Assembly (NCBI RefSeq): GCF_964355755.1
Contig: NC_092670.1
Location: forward strand, 26,584,795 to 26,648,794
Reading direction: 5' to 3'
Length of the DNA: 64,000 bases
Origin: Antedon mediterranea
Lineage: Eukaryota; Animalia; Echinodermata
Shown here: positions 36,501 to 48,500 of the stretch, piece after piece
Numbering within the stretch: the stretch's first letter is position 1
Layout of the letters: the number at the start of each line of letters is the position of its first letter
Position numbers and translations under genes: made by a program
The notes under the pieces: generated by a model
What the model was told of the DNA's origin: nothing
What the model saw: only the letters and a program-made list of their open reading frames with translations
Database searches by the model: none

Positions 36501-39500
36501 TACGGGATACAATTTACCAAGTAAGTTTATATCAAAACAGTATCCTATATTTTACAACTAATAATAAATAATATATACCATATAATTACATATTTTTTAT
36601 TATATAGAAATGTTCAAATGATAAATAAATATTTTTGTTTATAGAAACATATATTCAAACTCGATGGAGTAAAACCATTAGCAGAGGTAAGTTAAAATTC
36701 TTGATCTAACTTCAGAAATTCATATTAATATTCGGTAACAAATTAAGTACTAGAGGGTTTACCCCCCTAAACTTAGGAACATCTTTTTCCGCTCGACGCC
36801 CCTAGCTATTGTGATTGATTGTCATTTTTTAACAAGGCCTTGAAAACTTTTGACTATTTAATTATTTTCGAATGATAGTTTCAACTTTCAGTATCGATTA
36901 TGATTAATAAATTGTGTGATGAAACAAATTGCAAAGAATTTTTCTGTTTCTGGTGGATGCTAGTGTTTATAGAATAGTCCTAGTGTAGACATATGGCTGC
37001 ATAGTTAGGGCTACCTGTAGAAGATTGACATAACAGGCATAACATACATGGAGATAAAATGCAATCTGCATCACAAAACGCCTCAATAAATGGAGATTAT
37101 ACTATACCAAAATAATGTAAACTGATATTATTTTCTCTTCTGGTACTCTTTGTGATAAGAAAAAAATTGTACACTCAAAATATATACATAAAAAATAGTA
37201 ACATAAATGTACAGCACGGCATTATTATATTAACCGTTTTGAAGTTATGCTGCTTTTATAACGTGCAGTCCTATCAATGATTTCTTCTTTCTGACAGAAC
37301 AAAAATTCCTTAGGCCGAAACATGGTGAAAATACTACAACTATATTGAATGTATTATTTATTACGAAAGCTGCATCCAGCATGAACATATTTTCTGTCTG
37401 ACTGAGATCACGTTTAAAACGATAACAGAAAATAGGTTTCCCTAAAGAACTAGCTGGAGAAAACTATCAAATAAAACAATGTTTCTCTGTCCCTGAACCA
37501 ACATATTCCAATAAACATGGCTATATCATACCAAAAGTATTCTGCAAAATAAACAGCCAGCATCATGTAATAATTATGGTTTAAAATATCAAAGTCCAAC
37601 TGATGAATGTGGAATTTGTGTGTATGGTGGTTTGATTCCTGGCAAAGAAACCATAATACTGTATAAGTCAACTATTGCATTTTCTATGTATATGTACCTT
37701 AGATGGCAAACTGTGATCCTCAAGATTTAGGATGGCATTTAAGTAAGGGTGTAGAATTAAACGACATTAACTCATTACAAACTCTCTCCAAAGTTATCAG
37801 ATGCAAGCAAATAGGCCTATAAATAAGAAATTAACTGGAATGTTCTATTGCTGTGCATATTGTGGCGGAAATGTAACTTCTGATACACAGTTGATGTGTT
37901 AAATGTTCTACTATTTTCATGAGATTTAAAACATCTTTTTCTGCAGTTTTCCCTTAGAATATGCCAATTGAGCATTATTTTTGACATCATACTTATATGA
38001 CGTCATAGGTACGTTATATGGTAATTTAGATACCAATTAGTTATCTGCAATATGCTATTGGATCAATATTTTTTTTCCTGTATTATTCTTCTTCCTTTTT
38101 TGTGAGTCGCGTTTTTCTAAAATGTGTAAACATGTGACAACATGTGTACATTTACCTGAAGTTTTACACGTTTTATGACATTTTGCGCATTTCAAAAATT
38201 CTGCTGCTTACAAGGATATAATTTTTTGCGTTCAATGCATGTCAATGTCAGGTCAGGTGGAAAGTCCCTGATGAAGGTACTTCCAGTAAGGTATAGACGT
38301 TAATAACTATAATCAAATATTAATGAATGTAAATTTATTTTATTTAATGCAAGAAGTTTTAGTTTTCGTTTTCTTTTCCATTGTTTTGTATAGTTTTTAA
38401 GTAATTTTGTAAATTGAAATTTTGTAATTTGCATTGTGCCCCTGTTAAAATGTTGATCCAAATAAATATTATTATTATCGTAATTCTTTTTTACAGAGGC
38501 TTCATGCAAGAACAGAACAGTATTTGTGCTCAGGGGAACAGCCATTAACAGTAGACATCTTAAAAGAACTAACAAGTAAAGTATTACAATAGAATTTCAC
38601 CTTTGGGATATCCATATTCAGGCGAAACTCCTATTAAGGGAACACTTTTTCTGTGAAATGAATAAGTGGTAAAATATGAGGGAATCCTCACTAAGTGACA
38701 ATCTACCATGAAATGAATAAGAGATAATACATGCCCAATCCATGGAGGTATAAAAATAGAAGGAGAGAGCTCGGAAGACAAGCCTTTGTCCTACGTAGTC
38801 CGCCGCCTCAGCATGTTACACAATGTTACGCGCAGTGTGCCTCTCCGCGTTGTCGCTTCCTAGTCGCGTTCCGAGTCACTGCGCATGCCTCCTGATATCG
38901 GCGACGTGACGTCACATGCTTGTTTACTCTGCATGCAGAGGAGATAAAATGGCTGCTACAGCAATGATTATATTTTTAGTCTAGATTATAATAATTATGC
39001 AAGGACTACTCCGGCCCTAGCCTAAAACTATAGACCTAGCCACAGTTTCGTAATCGAATACCTCCCCCATCCATTGTCAACAAACCCGCGAAATATGCCT
39101 AATGTATTTCGTCAATATCTTTGGCCGGCAATCATCGGCAGCCCAACGACTAACGTAAGAATGTAAAGTAATAACCATGTGTTCTTCACACAAAACTACA
39201 GCTGTCTGACGACGTCTATTAATATTTTATCGAAATACATTTAATTGCATAAACAGCAAGTAAATTACAATAACAACTATAATGGGAGCCTGATAAAATT
39301 TGCTTAAAATGTCATATGTAAACGTGTTTGGTATCAATATTTAGAGATTTTTTAAGCGGGAAGCAAACATTTGGTTTGCGCAACAATTATAACACAAACA
39401 ATAGCACTGCTCATGCCAAAAGTATATGTGTTTGTTTGTGTATTTTTTAGGATCTCACCTCCTCTGTGATAGAGGGCTGACTAGAGGCGGCGGCTGACGT

Positions 39501-42500
39501 TGGTAACAAAGTCCGCGCAGCGCGCTGTCGGCACAAGGCTTTGGCTTTGAAAATACCATGGCGACATCCTGTTAACGCGCTACAATACATTCGAGCTCTC
39601 TCCTTCTATTTTATACATCCATGCCCAATCCATACTATATAAGAAGACACTTGGTTGGGTCATGAAGTTGTCTCCTTAAAGTCTGCTGTTTCAGTATATT
39701 TCTCTGTAATAGTCTGGTAGTTGAACCAAAAATATAGGCCCTACCTGGAAAAAAAATGGTATGAAAGAAATGTTAACATCATTGAAAGCAGAATTTTACG
39801 GAGAATAACATATCCAAAATCGACAAAAATCAATCTTTCGGAACATTTTTTAGACGCGTTTTTCTTTTTGATAAAAATGGCCTACTGTAAATTACCATGA
39901 TTGTATATCTTGATAACCGCTAACTGCAGAGGCTTCTATTTGGTCTCAAATTGTTTACAACATACATATTTCTATTTACTCTAATGAAAATGTTTGTAAA
40001 AAAATGGCAGGAAAGGTCATTTTTTAAATATTGACCTCTGACCTCATAATAATATTATCTCAATAAATACTGGTCGTACACACTTGGTATTAAATTATTC
40101 ATAAAGTGTATTTTTATATTTACTCTAACGAATAATTTTGACAATAAATGACAGTAAAGAGGTCATTTTGGCCTCTGACCTTGTAGTATCAAAAGTCGAT
40201 AAATACTGGTTGTACACAATTAAAATTGGTATTGTATTGTATGTTTCTATTTACTCTATTTAATGAATAATTTTGACATCGAACAACAGTAAATAGGTTA
40301 TCTTGACTTCTGAAATTGTATAATAATAACTAAACTATACCATGGAAATGGTCTCAAACTTTTCATACAGATAATACATACAATATTTTTATTTGTGATT
40401 TTTTGATTATTTGAATTTTTGAATAATGATAAATAGATTCCTGTTATTTGAATCAAATACAAGGTAGCCCTAGCCAAGAGGCCTACATCGTGTACGAAAA
40501 AAAGTACTAATAAACGATCGTTTAATAGTCAAGGGGAAGTCCCCAATAAAAAAAAAATATGTATACTCATCAGTAGGACAACTGTAGTTGGCTGGAATCG
40601 ACACTTCATAGCGCGTTAGCAAACAGTAAAATGATCGTAGCCTACTTTTTCCGCCATTAACCCTTTCACTGCGGAGCATTATTCCCACCTCTGTGCGTAA
40701 TGTATATTTAAGAAAAACATATGGTATTTTAATAAATTGCAAAAAAATACTAATTGAGATAATTGTGTAATTATTTTTGTGGTGTGTGATGGGCAAAGGG
40801 TTAGTCTACAGTTAGGTATAAAAAAAAAGTAATTTGCATATTGATGACGTCATGTGACGTCATTACAGGTATTTTGGATTTCGTGTTTTTTATCGAATCA
40901 ATGATAAAAACTATATTTTCTATAAGAAATTCTTATGGAATACGTTTTTCCAACTGGATATTGATGAAGATACGTATAACAAATAAAAATATTAAAAAAA
41001 ATTGAATTATTTTTATTGTTTTATAAAAATTATGCACAAATCAAAGTTTTGGGGCAAAATCGTGAAAATAATGACATTTTCCAAAAATTCACTATAGTAC
41101 AAAACTAACTATTGTTTCAGAATTTTTTTTTTTTTTGCGTGTTGTGATAAATACAATGTTGCCCTATTGGGGCTGGTAAATTTTGGTTACTTTCAAAATG
41201 GCCGCCATTACGCTACTCAAAACAACTTTCCAAGATAGAATACTATTATATACACTATACTATATATAATATAACTATAGAGGGCGCATGATTTCAAGAC
41301 AATAATACAGCTATAGAGGGCCGTTTTTTTTTGCTGGAAAAATTTTTTAATGACTTGCAAAAATATTCAAGTTCATCGAACAAATATAGAGGGTGCTATA
41401 TATTATAGGCAAATACGATTAAATCATTGTTTTGTCCATACCTGGTATTACCGGGTATACGCACTTCAACGACGTTTGTTTATACCCGGTAGTACCGGGT
41501 ATACGCGGTGAAAGGGTTAATCATACACGATAAAAAAACATTTTTTGTGTTCAATACAAAAGTCCCCGATGAAATAAAACAATAGGCCTACTCATCAGTA
41601 AGACACTTCTAGTTGGCCGGAAATAAGACTTCATAGCGCGCTAGCAAACAGCAAAACGATCGTAGCCTTCTTGAATGTATTATACGATCAAAGCAGCCTA
41701 GCAAATCAATCGCGCATTTGTCATTTGATTATTACCGACGAAAGATTAAATTAAATCCCACCAATCCATAGAGAGTCTATTAATTCAGTGTGATATTGAA
41801 AATATCATTGATATTTATTTTTTAATACACATAACATTTTTACAAGAAAAACAATACAATCAATCATGTGTTTACATCTCTCGGCGGCGGCCGGTGAAAG
41901 CGCGTTGTTATAATACTTAGTTACGCAGTCTGTTTCTTGGCTTGTAATATCGTCTAGTGCTCATGTCACATGTCTCGTATGCATTAGGCTTTTTATGCAT
42001 GCTTCATCTCTAGAAAGTACCTGCCTGTTATTAATCTATTTTTAGATTGGTTGTGGTTGATATTTTAAGCGTCACGGATAAGGTTTTAAGCGTCATGGCC
42101 GACCGTAAAGCATCACGGTAGAGAACCCAATCTCAAAGGCCTGAGGAGAACACTGTGGTTATGATTTTTTTCCCTCTGAAACAAATGTAGAGCTCATATA
42201 TATATATATTTAATATATACATATTTAATATATACTTCAAGAAACTACATAAGGCTAATTTTCGCTAGGCCTACTGTATGTAGTTTTTCATAGTGATGAT
42301 TTTTATAAAATTCCATCTGACATAGGCCATGTTTCCGCAGCCAAAACAAAAATTAACAGTTAATTTTGTAACCAATAAAGTGCCATGATCAGTCAGTATC
42401 AAACAATCAGAAACCCAATCACATCGCAACAATTTGTCCTTTAGGTCAAAATGTTAACAATTATTGCATTTATCAGATAATTATCTGATTTGAATGAGAT

Positions 42501-45500
42501 CGGTTAATTTTTATAGGTTAATAATCGGTTAATTTTTAGCTGCGGAAACACAGCTCTAGTAGCAGAGTAACTCTGGTTGATTTGATAGCATGGCACGGTC
42601 TCTTGTCTTGTGGTCTAAACGTTTGTTATGATGGTTATACATAAGGAATCATATGGGACTTTTTTAAATTGTGATTAAAAGTGATTTGACACAATGACTC
42701 GGTAATTAAGTGATCGTAAATAAATGCAGACTTGATAGGCCCTTCACAACCCTCTAGTTACGTTTAACACTTTGACTGCCAGAGGTTTTTCCAGTTAGAA
42801 ACTGCCACCGCCAGCATTTTTAGCCCAATTCGATGTTTTTATTAAAGCTGATTGAAACTATATGTGATCTGATTTATATGTAATTTAGACTAAAATAATC
42901 ATAAAGATTTTAGCTTCACAATGGTACCAAGAACGATTTTCAAATTGTAATATGTAAATCGTAATAGTAAAGTAAAAGTAACCCACTTTTTTAGTTTTTC
43001 GTAGTTTCGCGCAAGAAAGTCGAGATATTCGCGATTTTGTGCAAGACATCACAATATGAAAATATCGCCCGGTGAGATCAACAAACAACGAAAAAGTTAC
43101 TTACACGGCCTATAAAAACAAGTTATCACTATCAAAAAATGTATTACATTTTATAAATCATAAATCTTGCATCAATCTTTCGCCAAAATCCACATAGTAA
43201 AGACACCAGGCCTAGTTAACCAGGCCTAAAGTTGGTCCGGAACCGTTTTACGACTAGGCTAGGCTAGCCTCGTAAACTGATGGTAATATCCATACTATTT
43301 CTTTTCCAAACAAGTTTGTTGCGTGAAACTCGGTCACTTACAGTGAAACACCAAAACAATTAGGGTATACTGTACATACAATAATAAAATTAAAGACTTC
43401 ATATTGAAAATGACTCCATTATTTTTTATTCAGATAACAAACAAACATGCCAATCCACAAAACCTTTGTAATGCTTCGACGGCATAGCTAGCGTGCGACC
43501 GATACACAATGCGCCAAGCCATCGCTCTACGCGCTACTGTGATGCGCGGTATATGTTATTTCGACAGGTACCATTTTGACAGTCGTTGTAACCAGATTAG
43601 TTACTTTCAAATAGTAAAATATTGACGGTCCAGACCGAATATAGTGTCCATATTTATATTATAATTAACCTATCTAACGGATTTCGTAAAAAAAACGTGA
43701 AACACGAAGATCTTCGTGTTTGGCAGTCAAGCGTTGTGTTTCCAAACACGAAGATCTTCGTGTTTGAAACACGAAGATCTTCGTGTTTGGCAGTCAAAGT
43801 GTTAAGCGCCCAACAACCTATTAAAGTCTACTTAAGTTTATTTATCATCTAAAAACAATGATACAATCAATGTATGTTCATGGTGTGAAAATGAACCAAA
43901 GTGCAAATTAACTGAGAGGGAACATTTTAAAAAAATGTAGAGGAATTGCAAAATTATTTATTAAAGTATTTATAGAAACATACACACTATAAACAATAGA
44001 AATGCATGAAAATTACATTTTTAGTGTCTTTTATTGTCAAAATTATTCATTAGAGTAATTAGGGACATACACTTTAAGATCAATCTTAAGTGTGTATGAC
44101 CAGTATTTAGCGAGATTTAATACTATGAGGTCAGAATGACCTCTTTAATGACGTGTTTTGTCGGAAGTTATTCATTAGAGTAAATATAAACATACATTTT
44201 ATGAACAATTTAAGACAATTTTAAGTGTGTACGACTAATATTTATTGAGATAATATTATAATCTTAATCCTATATTCATATTTATATATATATTTTTTTA
44301 TAGTGCAATTTTATATAATACAATAATTAGTTTTTAGTGCATCTGTATGAATGTTGGAGAGGCACGCCCTTTGGCGATAGTAGTCTTTGACAGCTTTTAT
44401 CTCTCCTCAGTGCTCCACTTTCACGTTTTATGTTGTTTGTATTGTCTTTTACTGAAAGGAATAAAATAAATAAATTATTATGAGGTCAGAGGTCAATATT
44501 TAGAGAAATGACATTTCCTGCCATTTTTTGACAAAGATTTTTATTAGAGAAAAATGTATGTTGTAAACAATTTGAGACCAAATAGAAGCCTCTGCAGTTA
44601 GCGGTTGCCAAGATATACAATCATATTAATCAATTTTTATCAAAAATGTTAAATAAAAGAAAAACGTGTCTAAAAAAAAGATTTTGGATATGTTATATTC
44701 TCCATAAAAATTTCCTTTGTATCATTTTTTTCCTAGTTAAACCCTTCAACTACCAAACTATAAAGATTGCATTCAGTGTATTTCAGGTTTTTGCTTTCCA
44801 GCATAAATGTGCTATGATAAGAATATGTGTATACTCAATCTTAAAGTTCAATTTTAAATATACCTTTTTATATCTTAGATATTTTTCAAAAATTAGCTGT
44901 AGAAAAAGAACATCAAGATTGGCTTATTGCATCTGGGGCACATGTCGTAAGTTCATTGTGAAGTAGTTAATTTGTCATTTTAATTAAGAAATTGTTTTAT
45001 AGCATAATTAAAAATCACTTTCTTAATTAGTTTAATTAAAGGGCCATGTCTAAATTATATTACTTCGTGTAACACAGTAAACATGAGACTAACGCTCCTA
45101 ACGCTCCTAACGCTCCTAACGCTCCTAACGCTCCTAACGCTCCTAACGCTCCTAACGCTCCTAACGCTCCTAACGCTCCTAACGCTCCTAACGGATGTTC
45201 GTTTATGCATAATCTTGTGGATTTTATTAAATGAAATAATGACAGTACATCGGGATTGACGTTACACAAATATCTTACGGACAATGGTCAAAACAAGTTT
45301 TATTATTCTATTTCTTCTATCCAGAGAATTCGACACATGTTAATAATAGCCGCATTGTTCCTGACAAATCGATACTGATACTATAGTGGAGTCTGTTAGG
45401 GATATTTTGGTTAACTTTTTTCCAAAAGCATCAAATTTGGTATACAGGTTGTCCACCCTATACGAATTTAATTTTTGATGGGAGCCAAGCAAAATGACCC

Positions 45501-48500
45501 CTTGGGTCACCTAATTTGCATAATTTAAAACGCTTAAACACTATATATACTGCAGAGATAGTAACAAATATACATACAAAACACAAATCAATATAAAATC
45601 ACATATAAAATATCAAAAAGTCTACGATGCAGGTGTTCTCTCCATGAATTAGCATTGGACAAACTTGTTATAGGTGACAATAGATTGTGGGACAAATGAT
45701 TTATTGTAGCGTTTAGTACGGTTTTGAGACGGATACGAATATTAGATGGAAGAAAAGTGTATTCCTTATGGAGGGGGTGGTCTGTTTGGGAGAGTATACG
45801 TTTTACCAAGGAGAGAACACCATCATAGTTGAAATTAGGTATGGATACATCAACTCCAATAACCCGCCCAGCCCTTCTGGTAATAAACATAAACGTTCCT
45901 ATTTACTCTAATGAAGTATTTTTTTTTAAATGACCGGAAGTACCAGTTTTAAGGCATTGCCCTATCTCAGTAAATAGTTGTCACAGACAGTTTATTTTGG
46001 TGTCAAATTGTTCAGAATATATGTTACTATTTAGTTTAATAAAACATTTCATTCAAAAATGCCCGGAAGTACTCAGTTCTGCCTTTGACCTTTATGGTGC
46101 AATTGCAACCTTGTTATTAAGGTAAATTTTTTTTAATTATCCGTATTGTTTGTTAAATGTTATATCTTAGTGTACAGATTATACACATGATTTATAATGA
46201 AATCTAGAAAAAAAGTAACTTATGTCTTTATGATTATGTAACAAATGTGGTTTATGACATTATACGCAAAGGGATCTTTGATTGGATTGTAATACTGGCT
46301 ATTGCATTTGTGTTAGCAAGATCCTATTATAAATAATTAAAGATTCTGAGAAAATCAATAAATCAATATATTTTTTAAAAATCAATTATCTTTATTTAAA
46401 TCAATGCATAAACCTATAATTTGCATAGTGATGAATTAAATCTAGTTAAATTAAATTTAGTATACAATGATTGCAGTAATCGCTGTGTCTTAACACAGAA
46501 TCAATAAAACACCAAATACACCACACACTTTCGGCCGTGTACATATTTTTGATCATACAGTGATTACTGTAAAAAAAATGTATACGACCTTCTGGTAAAG
46601 AGGATTTTATAATTATTTCTGTGAATTTGTTTTCTTATTTCAGTAATAAGTAATAAAAATATAGAGTGTAATACGAGTGGGATTGCTTCTTTGATGCTCT
46701 TGATTCAAGTTTCTTGTTCAGCCGTTGTATTGTATATTGATTGGTATTTGATTTCTCTACATTTCAGCCTCTTGTTAAATTACTAGCATCAAAAGATATT
46801 CATGTGTTGCACTGTTCCTTGTACGGCCTTATTAGTCTTGCAAAAAGGTAACTTTATTACTTTAATAATCAAAAGTGTTGTTTGAAAATAAATTTATTAT
46901 AATATTTGTGCTCTTCGGTTTTGTAATAATTATGATATTAAGCTTTATCATGACAGTAACACAAATGCTTGCCATTTCATGGAAAAATGTGACTAAAGTT
47001 ATTTAGTAAAAGTAATACTTTAACTAAATAAATACAAAATTCTATTGTATTTCACTTACATTTTCAAAGAGTGCTGCTTGTTTTCTGTTAAATATTGAAT
47101 ACTGTATCTTCCACAACTTGTGATTTGAGACAATTTTTTTTTGCATATTTTTGGAAATATTAGGTATTGTACCAAAAACTTGGTAAATCGTCAAAGTTAG
47201 TATATTTTGACATTAACATGATTATCTTCTATTAAACATTACATACTAATGACCACAATTTTTGTCGTTGGTTTCAACTATTGTGTATAATAACAATAAT
47301 GATGTTTTCTATTCTTAGTTCAGAAACCAGACATATTCTAGGAGAATTAAACTGTGTAGACAAAATGTTGACTATTATTAAAGACTATGGAAATTCTTCT
47401 AAAATGTAAGTTTTAAAAATGAGTCATTTAGTTCAGTGATTCCGCAAACTTTTTATTTCTCGGCCTATAATCTCATAATGAATGATGCAAAAACTGATTT
47501 ATTTCTCATCCCATGTTTTGTTCCCTAAAATCATGAAAAATTAAGATTAATTCAACCAGATAACAATTATTTTTTCAGGGGGACAATACTGTTCATTTTA
47601 AAACCTGCCCGCTGGACTCCATCTATTTATTAAAATAGGTGACATTTTCATGGAACCTTCAACATCCTGTAGAAACCTTTGAGTTCTATGAACTCTTCCC
47701 TTAGTATGGCCAATCAGGTACAATCTGTAAAACTGGATTTTAAAGGGGGATTCTGGGTTTAAAATTGCTTTTAAATATCGTTTATTTATTAACTAACAAA
47801 TATTATAACAATATAGACACGCCAGAATGAAGAAGTAATAACAAAAAATTAAAAAAATTAAATTTCATATACATTTTAGGGTAAATTCATGGAAAGTCTG
47901 TTTTTCAGCAGCTTAGGGAAGCTCGTTAATATTCATGAGATTTTCACAAAATCACATCATCACTGGATTCCAAACTTGCGACGCCTGTCAAACAACGACC
48001 ACCCGATCATTGTGAAATACAATTTTTGTAGATTTTCTAAGCTAATGACAGTAGCATAATTATATTTACTAGAGGGGGAGCTCGCTTCGCTCGCTCCCCC
48101 TCTAGGAAGTGTAGATGATGGTTCTCGGAATGATAAATATGTTCTCCTTGTACGTTTTCTGTCGGTTACCATTATTGAAAATGCTTGACATTCGTAAATC
48201 TAAACTACTCTGTTTCACAGTGTTTTAGATGATTAATAACATTTTAAAGTATAGTGTTTATTGTTTTGTAGGGCCCTTTGGGGAGGCGGAATTCATTTGA
48301 GGGAGGTGCTTATTCTAGGGATATATGTTAATTTTTTTCGTTTTAATAATATGGTAACATTTATAATCAAATGAAATCCTCTAATGGATATGAAAAGTAG
48401 TAAAAAAGAATAACAAATGCTTGGTAAATTGTAGATAACAGTGCGATGAATTTTACTACAAATAGTATAATGATTATTATTCAAAGTGATGTTTTATTGG

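Noticed and set aside
45060-45284. ORF with (GAL)n repeats
   Set aside because: By-product of the 9-bp minisatellite.
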